NCBI GenBank assembly: GCA_012295275.1
Contig: CM022673.1
Coordinates: 24,552,001 to 24,616,000, forward strand
DNA length: 64,000 nucleotides
Direction of reading: 5' to 3'
Origin: Chrysomallon squamiferum
Taxonomy: Eukaryota; Animalia; Mollusca
Below, in pieces: positions 54,932 through 64,000 of this stretch; position 1 is the stretch's first letter; every line of letters starts with the position of its first letter. A model generated the notes under the pieces. It ran no database searches. It saw only the letters and a program-made list of their open reading frames with translations, and was not told where the DNA came from. The position numbers and the translations under genes are program-made.

Positions 54932-56927
54932 GTATGCATGTGTATGTATTGTACATTTGTGTGTGTTTATAAATATATATATATATATATATATGTCTGT
55001 TTATCTGTATGTATGTTTGTTATATAATGTATGTAAGTGTGTGTCTGTACATATGTATGTATGTCTGTTATATAATGTATGTAAATGTATGTCTGTACAT
55101 ATGTATGTATGTTCATACATTACTAAATTTACTTACAGTGATGGTGGTTCAGACAGTTCTGTGTCTGATGGTCCTCCAGTTCAATTCCAGCATGCCATAA
55201 CAAAAGTAAGTTACATACAAACAAACATATACGTAGTGCTATTAGTTTTATGTCCAGATTTTAATTTTACATTCTTCTTTGGAAATAATGTATTTTTTTT
55301 ATACAGTGAACATTTATATGAAATAGAAGAAAACTAAAATGATGATTTGTTTCAGAAATGAAATAAATTACATGTAATATGAAGGACATGTTTAGTCCAA
55401 AAATAAAATAATAAATACCATCATTATCATCTCAGTCTGGTGTTTGGTGGATTTGTTTGAGTTTTCAACTTAAGCCAGAAGCTGGCTGCATCAAAGTCTT
55501 CAGTTTTTGTTGTCTTTCACTTGATGTCAGTAAACAATAGAATCTATTTAACCATGTTCTTAACTCAAATCTTTCATTAGCAACTTCTTGATTAAATACA
55601 TCTCAATAATTTGGAGTTATATGAAGCAAAAATATATATAATTTTTAAAATGCTACTTTGACCTAGCATCTTCTATTCAAAATCAGTTTTTAAAAGATCT
55701 TCATTTCTAAGATAACTTTAAAGTTATTCAAAAAGAGGAAACTATATTATTGTAGTTCCTGCTTTATTTTTTAATTTATTTTTATTGTTATTATTATCCT
55801 TTTTTTTTTTAAATCCTTGGAGATTACAAGCTCTATATAATTATTAATATTTTTAATGTGTATTGTTGTTGTATAAACTTTCATTCACACTACATATTCT
55901 TGTTAAAAATAGTTTTAAAAATGAAAAGGAAAAAGGACAAAATAAATGTGATTTGATAATTAATGTTACATAACTATGACACTCTTTTTAACCTAAAATA
56001 TTTTTCATCTTATTTCAAAGATTAAGCTACTGTATGAGTTACAGCCAATATATAACAATTTCTAGTACATTTATTAGAATGAAAAAGCTAATATCAATTT
56101 TTGATTCTCCTATAGCATTTTTACTTGTTATTTTTGAACCTGCAAACATCAAAACTAACAGTAGTAAAACACTGACATATTTAAATGTATTCTATTCAGA
56201 ATTAATGAAAATGTATTCTTTATTTGATATTTCAGGATACAAGTCAAGTATGAATTTTTAAAATCTGTTTTCATTTATATTTGATCATATCAGAAGAAAA
56301 AAATTAATTTCACAAAAAACAAAACAAAATCATAACTGAATTACAGTATGTTAAAAAGCAATGTTTATGCCTTTATGTTTTCTCAAGAAATAATATTTTA
56401 TAAAAGTTAATCCCATATTTCAGTATTTAATTCCTTTTTCTTTGAAAAAAAATAAAATAAAAGTAAATGTTTTCAAATCAAACATTAAAATTTATTGCAC
56501 TAATAAAGATATTCATTACTTTTATCCATACGAAAATTTATAATAAAAAAATTTACAAATAAATTTTTATAATCTTTAACTAATCTGTTTTCAAAATCAT
56601 TGCAAATGAGTTATACTAAATGTCATAATCTGTTTTCATAAAGTTACACAACATTGTAAACTATATTACAAAACACTTTTTCACTAATAATTTTATTACA
56701 GTTGTCCTGAACTCAGAACATTGTTATAGTTTGTAAATCAATACCTTTTTGATCAGTGTTGTTAATTTTTATACATATAGCAAATACATATATTCTATTA
56801 ATAGCTCTTAAAACAGTAACACAAAAGAGGGTCTCTTTTTCTTCAGCCACAGACATCTCTACTTTTATTCCTTCATTTATTTATTTATTTATTTATTTAT
56901 TTTATTTTATTTTATTTTTATTTTATT

Positions 56928-56973
<46 letters not shown>

Positions 56974-59900
56974 TTTTTTTTTTTATTTGTTATTTTATTT
57001 TTTATATTGGATTTTTTTGGAAATGAGAACATAACAGTATCACTACAAAAAAACACAATTAAAAATAAATACTTTAAAAAAATATTTTTACGTAGATTTA
57101 AAAATTTATGTATACCATTTTGAGTATTTCTGCAGATGATAAAATTAAGTGATTTCGTGATTCAGGGTAGAAAAGCAATGCACTTCTCCAAGAGTGGACG
57201 TAGTAGTCATCGCTCGAAGCCACACACTCTGGTATACGTACTAACCAACGTGCTAGTGGCTTTATTCATTGCTTTGTCATCTGGAATTACTTCATTGCTA
57301 GCAAATGTTTGCCACAGTTCTTTGAAAAATGTGATTTCATTGATTATACAGATTATTCCAGACTGTATAATAACCACTGATGTTAATAATACTATGTGAC
57401 CCTCTCCCATAAAAGGTACATAAGTAACGTTTGTTTCGAAAGTGAAAACAAAATGCAGTCTTTAAAATGATACAAATCTTTCATTGAATTATTTTAACTC
57501 AAAGTGAAATTATTGTTTTTTTTAAAGTTGATAAATGGCAGCCTAGCCATTTTGAAAAATTATAATTTAAAGTTTTAAAGCTGGACTGTGTGGAGAGTAT
57601 AGCAGTAGGGGTAAAATATTAAAATGGAATTTTCCAGACATGTTACTGACATCCAGATTGTGCATTCAGACATACTTTGTATATATGTATAGTGGAAATA
57701 TCTCAAAGTTACAGAAGTGTAGTGTTAATACTTCTGTTAGTGTTGTAGCAGTGAACAGAAACTGTTTGTAAATACTTGGGACCAGTGGATTACATTTCCA
57801 AAAAAAAAGTATTTCAGGCAAAGCATTTTCAAAAAAAATAAAATAAAATTAAATAAATAAATAATTTATCACAGAAGCCAAAAATAAATAAATAAATAAA
57901 ATTAATAATCCCTAAACATAGCTTTCATACACACTGAAATGTCTTGAGATGACAGTCACTTTCAGTGACTTGTGTACCTTTCATGGAAGTAGGTCACATT
58001 TGCATGTACATCTTAAATCAGTTAATAAGTTGAAGATTAGATTTCTATTTATTGACATTTTACTGAATTTTGTTTAATTATTATTATTATTTACAAAATT
58101 TCATAAAGAATCATTAATTTAATTACTTATTTCTTTCATTTACTTTGTTACTTGTAATGAGAAAAAAGATAGAAACTTACTTATTAATGTTACTGATAAG
58201 ACACTTATAGTTTTACCTCCTCACATCAGCTTTAAAATTTTGATTTTGTTCTCACTACAAACCACTACATCCACTACATCAACTATATCCACTACATCCA
58301 GTACATCAACTACATCAACTATATCCACTACATCAACTACATCCAGTACATCAACTACATCCAGTACATCCACTACATCCACTACATCCACTACATCCAC
58401 TACATCCAGTACATCAACTACATCCACTACATCCATACATCAACTACATCCACTACATCCAGTACATCCAGTACATCAACTACATCCACTATATCAACTA
58501 TATCCACTACATCCACTACATCCACTACATCCAGTACATCAACTACATCCACTACATCCATACATCAACTACATCCACTACATCCAGTACATCCAGTACA
58601 TCAACTACATCCAGTACATCCAGTACATCAACTACATCCACTATATCAACTATATCCACTACATCCACTACATCAACTACATCCAGTACATCAACTACAT
58701 CCACTACTTCATGTAAATCCACTACATCAACTACATCCACTACATCAACTACATCCACTATATCAACTATATCCACTACATCCACTACATCCACTACATC
58801 CAGTACATCAACTACATCAACTACATCCACTACATCCACTATATCCAAATCCACTACATCAACTACATCCACTACATCAGCTATATCCACTACATCCAGT
58901 ACATCAACTACATCCACTATATCCAATACATCCAGTATATCAACTACATCCACTACATCAACTACATCCACTACAGAAATTAATTTTATTAAGTATACAA
59001 TTATGGATCTATATTATTTGGACCATAATCTTGTGAAGTCCAAAGACACTGTTATTTTGTTTATATTTTTGTTTCTAATAATTTTGAGTTCATATATAAT
59101 TCCTGTATTTGCAACTCATTCATATTTTTCTGTTTGGAAACTGTTTTTAAATGACTAATTTTTAAACATTAAGATTTGTGAATCTGAAATTAATTTGGTT
59201 TTTATTTTAGTTGTTGTGGTATGAACACCAGTAACATGTTTATCTGTTTGTAATTAATCAGTGAACAAAGAGAATTAAAAACAAAAGAAGAAGAATTTTT
59301 ATGTTCCTTAGCATTAATTATGTGTGTCCAAACTGCAGTTGTGATTATTACAGCTCTCTGCTGTTGTTTGTATACTGCCATTTTTAATATATGCATGTGT
59401 GTTTATATACATGTGTGTATATTCATCTGTGTGTGTGTGTATGTACATGATATTTGTGTTTGTGTGTACATGTTAGTTGTGTGTGTGTGTGCGTGCATAA
59501 AATGTCCTGTTTAAAAGGATTATAACACTTTGTAATCTTTTCTATGCAGTGTAATTGTGGTTTGTAATATATAAATCAGTAATCTGCAGAAATGAATTAT
59601 TTGTAAGAAAAAGATAAATAATTAAATAGTGTATAATAATTGACAATTTCAATTTACAAAATATATTTGTCATTCAGATATTCTAACTTTTTGAAATTTA
59701 AGTTGCATGAATTATTCTGCAGATACTAATATTTTAAATTCATTTAACAGGCCATCTTTGATTAAGTGTTGTGGTCAAGATGTACCATCATGTATTTTTG
59801 ATTTTTATAAGTGAAAATACGACTTTAAAAGAGGACAAAATAATAATAAATTAATATCACATGTGTAAGTTCAAAACAGCAAGCATGGTTATTAATTACT

Positions 59901-61998
59901 TGTTAAGTTGATCTTGTTTTAATTGCTTATTTAAAAAAAAAAAACACTGAGTTTACATTCTGCTGTTTTATAACTTCAGCCTGCAAAGAAGAAGAAGAAG
60001 TTGAAGTCTAAAAAAGAAAGAGACAAGCAGCTCATGTCAGAGAAAGAACAAAAGAAGGTAATTTTTTTATTAATTTTACTCTTCATTTTTCACAACCTTG
60101 ATATTTTTTTTTACTTTTTAATTCAACAATTTTGTTCTTCTTCTTCTACTTCTTTTTTTAAAATTTGTTTTGTTGTTGTTTTTCTTTAGTTAAAATTTTA
60201 AGCCTTAAACAGTCATGTTTTTTTAAATTAAATTTAAAGCTATGTTTTGTCCATTTTTCTTTGTAAAAAAAAATGTAAGTCTTGTCTGGTTGTATGATAA
60301 ATTAATAAAACATAATCCAGCATTTAAACATAGTTGACACCTTTTTTATTATAAACACAGCTGAAGAGTGAAAAATAATGTCTTCTGTTTTGTAGGAAGC
60401 AGCTGATAAGAAATCAACAAATGGTGGAAATCAAAATTCACAAAACAAACAAGAAAAGGTTTGTAACAGTCTGTGATGTACACAAATTCTTCTGTCATTC
60501 ACTTCACATTACTTTCTTTAAATACAGGGAAGATAAACAGTTCTCATTATCAGAATAAAAAATATTTAGCTAATGGAGATTCTGAAATAATTTGAAACAC
60601 CATACTTATATATATATACACTTAAAACGATTAGTTTTCCAGAACAAAACAAAATAATTAATATATATTATACCTTGGGAACAGATATAAAAAGGTCCTA
60701 TGGTTAGTGAAATTCAGTGTAATATTTTAATTTCATATAATCTGTTATAGGTCAGTCTTACAAAGTTATACAGTGTTACCACTTCCATTACTGAAAATGT
60801 TGAAACTGAAATCTGACATTCTTATTTCACATTAAAAAAATAATCTATGTTATAAATTATTATTTAAAGTCATGTTATTACTTTCATTACTAGAATTAGT
60901 GAAGCATATCATTTAAAAAATAATTTGTTATAGGTTCATTATAGAAATACATTATTAATAGTTCAGTTACTACAGGTTGTGAAACTTAAACTTCAGGTTT
61001 TTATTTCACATTATACAGAAATAATCTTTGGTTAAACAAAGTCATATATAGTTGCAACTATTACTACATTAAATGAATCTCATATTGACATCTGGGTTCT
61101 GTGTAAAAGAAATAAACTGTTATAGATTTGTCATGCATTGTTACTACAGTTAGTGAAACTCAAACTTGACATTACAGAAACAGCTATGTCATGAATTTGT
61201 TATACTTATCATCAATCGTCATAAATTTACAAGCCATACATTGAAACTACTTCCTTTGCTAAAACTAGAAACTCAAAACATTACAGAAACAAATTTGACC
61301 GTTAATTTCAAATTTGACACTTTAATTTCACATTACAGAAATAATCTATATTATTACTTCTCCTGTTCCTACAATTAGTGAAACTCAAATTTTACATTTT
61401 GATTTCACATAACAACAATGTAGCCTGTTCATCACACAAGCATGGATTGCTCATACTTCTGTTACTGCTCACCTTCTTACAGTTTTAACTAAGACACCCA
61501 GCATTTCATTCTTATGCTATTTTCTGTACACTCTTCCTCTGTTTAGCATTGCATGAGCATGATGCATTGTTATTTCTAGTTGGCACCTGCACCTCTTCGG
61601 TACTCATCTTCCACTCCAAAGCGACCCAGATCGCACGATGATCGAACAAATAACGGAATTCCTATATTTGCTCAAGAACGCATAGAGGAACGGCACCAAA
61701 AGAGGGTAATTAATGACTTTAGTTAATTATTTAATTAATTTCATGACAGGTGAGTCAGAGGAGAAGACATTTCTGAACTGCTTTGCACATATTTAATTTA
61801 AAAAAAAAAAGAGAGAATAAAAATAAAACATTTTAAATTTCATTGTTCTGTTTGCTATTATATTTTATTTATTAATGATTAGTCTAAGAAACTTGACTGT
61901 TAATATAATTTTTTTTTCCCTAAATGAGTTTTGGTGTGTATATGCTAATCTATATGTATGCTTGTGTGTGTATGAGTGCACATGCATGCATGCATGTT

Positions 61999-62029
<31 letters not shown>

Positions 62030-63841
62030 GTATTCTATATATACATATCTTTATCCAGAAATTAGATCAGTGTTAATTAAAGTTTAATAGTGAAACAGTT
62101 TCCCTGGTTTAAATCATGGTGATGGTGTGTTTTATGTAATCTTGACTTTAGGTTTTAAGCGCTGACTCTCGTATTAGGAGACTTTGTACAGTGAAGGTGA
62201 GATTCGGAACAAACCTGTAAATGTTGTTTATTCCTGACTTACTTTCAACCTCTACGCTGTAACTTCCTCAGCCTCTGTTTCAGTACCTGTAATAAAAACC
62301 TGGACATGTAATCTGCTTGGTGTGTGTTACCTGCTTCTTTCCTGTTAACCATTTTGTTTTATTTAAAAACCTCAGTCAGTTATCTCTTTGTACAGTTTTC
62401 ATGTTGACTTGTAAACCTAAATGTTTCAGGAGATGTGTTTTGTATATGATTTATAATGATTATTATTACTGTTGTTGTTGTTGTTGTTATTGTCATTGTT
62501 ACTGTTATTGTTACTATTGTTGTTATTGTTTTCATTATTTTATTTTTTATTTTTAAAAAATTTCGTTTTCAGTGGGTTTTTGTTTTTTTGAGGGGTTTTG
62601 TTTTGTTTTGGGCATCTTTTTATAAAAATTTCTTTTTCTTTTATTTTTCTTTTTTATTTTGTTTTTATTTTTTTTACTTTTTTTATTTTTATTTTTATTT
62701 ATTTTTTTGTTATTTTGTTTCAGAGATTTGAAAACAAGAACTCCATATTAAATGAAATCAAAAATAATTATTTAACTAATTATGTGGTTAAAAGTGTTAG
62801 TTTAATCTATTTCTAGGTTAAAATGATGTTAGCAAACATCAGGTGTTGTCAGTGTCTGTGTATGTGCTTATTCCTAAACATAGAGGCTAGTCATGTCTCT
62901 CTTTAACATTCAAGTGTGTTCTTCTTACCAGTCTCATAACTTAATACTTGGCTCAGAAGCACAACTGACATTAATTTCTTCTTTATTGCAATTTACTGTT
63001 TCTATTCTTTGTACATACAATACCAATTCTGTAAGTTTTTTACCATTTTCCATCCGTTTGTTGTATCTTTGTTGTTGAGTAGGAGATAATGTCTTACACA
63101 GGTTCATGTGTTTTTTGTTCAGTTGATTTATTCCAAATTGTACGGTTATAAAAGCACATTTTAATGTTTTTCAATTAATTTATTTATTTATTTATTTTAT
63201 TTTATTTTATTTTATTTTATTTTATTTTATTTTATTTTATTTATTTTATTTTATTTTTTTATATTTAATTAAAAAAAAACTATATTGTAAATTTATAACA
63301 GAGGCTAAAACAATATATTTTCAGTAATATTATATCACAGATTTTATAGTCTTATTTCTGGAAATATCAAAGTTGTAGAAATTAACAACAAATAATATTC
63401 AAAACATTGTATTTTATTATCTTGTTTCCAATGATGTTTTACTTATGGTGTTTTTTTTTCATTCTTTTTCTTACTTTACTTATTTACTTACTTATTTAAG
63501 TTTGCTACATATTTATAGTTTTCATTTCTTTTTCTTTATATATATATATATTTATTTATTTATTAATTTATAGCTATTATCAATTAATTTGTTTTTAATT
63601 CTAAACATTTTAATTTTAATATGGAATCACATATGAGTATTTCACTGTGATTTCCAAGCTGACAGTTTGATCATGAATTCAGTGCAGCAGCAGTGAACAG
63701 AATTACCTTTCCAGTTAAGGAAAACCTCAAAGAATTAAGTTACAGAATTATTAAAAATGTAATTTTCTTTTCAGACTGAATATTTAGAAGCACTCACAGA
63801 AGCATATTTGAAAAATGGAATCCCATTGGTCACTGAACAAG
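22139..63841 (+). CDS. AGBL2: Cytosolic carboxypeptidase 2/3-like (M14D tubulin deglutamylase); 3' end lies beyond the window
   Basis: Exons: ~22139-22183 (ATG at 22139 or 22157; start uncertain), 23836-23890 ([17 protein letters not shown], resembles vertebrate AGBL2 DPYEDFMYRHLQYYGYF), 28571-28688 (frameshifted), 41480-41547, scrambled exon ~42175-42750, 43533-43615, 44256-44389 ([10 protein letters not shown]), 44710-44842 (HTQWFYF; GC donor), 45107-45228, 45696-45816 (AHCYPYTY), 46278-46415, 47041-47151 (RVHPGE), 47493-47662 ([18 protein letters not shown]), 50799-50958 (DLHGHS), 51274-51375 (SYTME, catalytic Glu), 51658-51783, 54495-54622, 55139-55205, 59980-60057, 60396-60458, 61580-61705, 63775-63841. 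Phases match from 43533 onward. This is probably the AGBL2/AGBL3 co-ortholog. Confidence 0.92.
26670..28480. repeat. Intronic ~47-bp AT-rich minisatellite containing a ~757-bp tandem duplication
   Basis: Unit TTGAACTGTACTGAATTTCTTTTATTGAATTTACTGAATTAGTTTCA (e.g. 26671 and 26718). The unique anchor ACAAATTTAGGTTTATTTAGCTACTAAATACC appears at 26991 and again at 27748. Confidence 0.92.
30993..31713 (+). mobile_element. Internally deleted Tigger/pogo (Tc1-mariner superfamily) DNA transposon
   Basis: Imperfect TIRs: left CAGTTGTACCTCAATATACGAGT; the right end read in reverse complement is CAGTGGGACCTTGACTTACAAGT. The internal ORF (MDPKK...[37 protein letters not shown]...SVHEKMEK) resembles the CENP-B/psq HTH N-terminus of TIGD1-like transposases. 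There is no DDE domain and the TA target duplication is not preserved. Confidence 0.85.
33640..33721 (+). CDS. Second candidate alternative first coding exon of the AGBL2/3-like gene
   Basis: AAAATGG start context, frame [27 protein letters not shown], and a CAG|GTAAGC donor in phase 1 compatible with exon 41480. A CpG-retaining patch (~33270-33700) precedes it inside an otherwise CpG-poor intron. Confidence 0.45.
39339..39486 (+). CDS. Candidate alternative first coding exon of the AGBL2/3-like gene
   Basis: AAGATG start, open frame [49 protein letters not shown], and a consensus CAG|GTAAGT donor in phase 1. It joins exon 41480 in frame (G+AC=Asp). Confidence 0.7.
41150..41767. repeat. Two (GT)n microsatellites flanking exon 41480-41547
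   Basis: (GT)n at ~41150-41238 and ~41708-41767. Confidence 0.9.
42210..43140 (+). repeat. ~134-bp tandem repeat containing an exon 3' end and 5' splice site
   Basis: Unit AATCAAAGAGTTGACACACACATAAACCATATACGATACATTCCTCCAGAGCCTGAGCCTTTCTACAGACAGA|GTGAGTCCAG... starts at 42525 and 42659, with partial or degenerate copies on both sides. Confidence 0.88.
48090..50798. repeat. 38-bp minisatellite, roughly 70 copies, intronic
   Basis: Unit AAGAAGTGTTGTCTGTAATGAGGATGTTTTGTACACTA (period 38, e.g. 48371 vs 48409), with recurring short variants AAGAA/TAGGA/CATGA/GCACGCAC. Confidence 0.97.
54268..54490. repeat. ~22-24-bp minisatellite abutting the acceptor of exon 54495
   Basis: About 10 copies of TTAATTACATTACTGTTT(T)GTGT. 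The last copy runs into TTCCAG. Confidence 0.9.
54740..55112. repeat. Low-complexity (TA/TG/TATG)n tract
   Basis: Fills most of the intron between exons 54495-54622 and 55139-55205. Confidence 0.85.
57136..57399 (+). CDS. Candidate alternative (cassette 57136-57231 or terminal) exon of the AGBL2/3-like gene
   Basis: A TTTCTGCAG acceptor sits immediately before an 87-codon open frame, in phase 0 with upstream exon 55139-55205. A weak donor CTG|GTATAC follows 57231. The region is locally CpG-retaining and high in complexity. Confidence 0.45.
   Translation: MIKLSDFVIQGRKAMHFSKSGRSSHRSKPHTLVYVLTNVLVALFIALSSGITSLLANVCHSSLKNVISLIIQIIPDCIITTDVNNTM
58260..58975. repeat. 9-bp tandem repeat (ACTACATCC/ACTACATCA/AGTACATCC)
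   Basis: A directly visible 9-nt period over about 715 bp. It produces the spurious VDVVD/TTST/HPL ORFs in the track. Confidence 0.95.
60700..61420. repeat. Degenerate old tandem/local repeat
   Basis: Motifs such as TTAGTGAAACTCAAA (~61151, ~61375), TTATTTCACATTA (~60822, ~61001) and AAATAATCTAT recur several times. Confidence 0.6.
62152..62196 (+). CDS. Candidate 45-nt cassette exon ([15 protein letters not shown]) of the AGBL2/3-like gene
   Basis: CTTGACTTTAG acceptor and AAG|GTGAGA donor, phase 0-0, no stop, lying between exons 61580-61705 and 63775-63841. Confidence 0.55.
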
Positions 63842-64000
63842 GTATCTGTTTTGTTTTGTTTTGTTTTAAAATGAAAATTTAAGTATCTTTTTGTTTGACA
63901 TGTTCCCACTATTGCGAAAGATGGAGAGAATGAACACATTTCATTATTCAGATAATTATACAACTATTCTGTCACAGAATTTGCATAGTTACTATGTTAA

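Noticed and set aside
58221-58971. ORFs of VDVVD / TTST / HPL repeats
   Set aside because: They are by-products of the 9-bp tandem repeat, with no supporting splice signals or homology.

Overview
This is AT-rich, microsatellite-laden animal genomic DNA with spliceosomal introns. An invertebrate origin is inferred from the mosaic CpG depletion; the taxon was not determined. Three spliced genes were rebuilt by hand. (1) An SLC37A4/G6PT-type sugar-phosphate exchanger (+, 9387-14273, 10 coding exons, C-terminal KKEQ). (2) RPL39 (-, 18354-19507, 3 exons, TCT/5'TOP start), which the ORF track misses. (3) A long AGBL2/AGBL3-type cytosolic carboxypeptidase (+, from about 22139 and continuing past the window end), with intact Zn and catalytic motifs, one GC-AG intron and several candidate alternative exons. 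Introns hold an internally deleted Tigger/pogo transposon, several minisatellites (47, 134, 38, ~23 and 9 bp units) and many microsatellites. Three coding exons are broken or scrambled (13562-13736, 28571-28688, 42175-42750), most likely through assembly or consensus errors. I found no convincing new biological system. The best leads are alternative N- and C-terminal exons of the carboxypeptidase (one possibly membrane-anchoring) and tandem repeats that include splice sites. Most ORFs in the track are repeat-derived noise.
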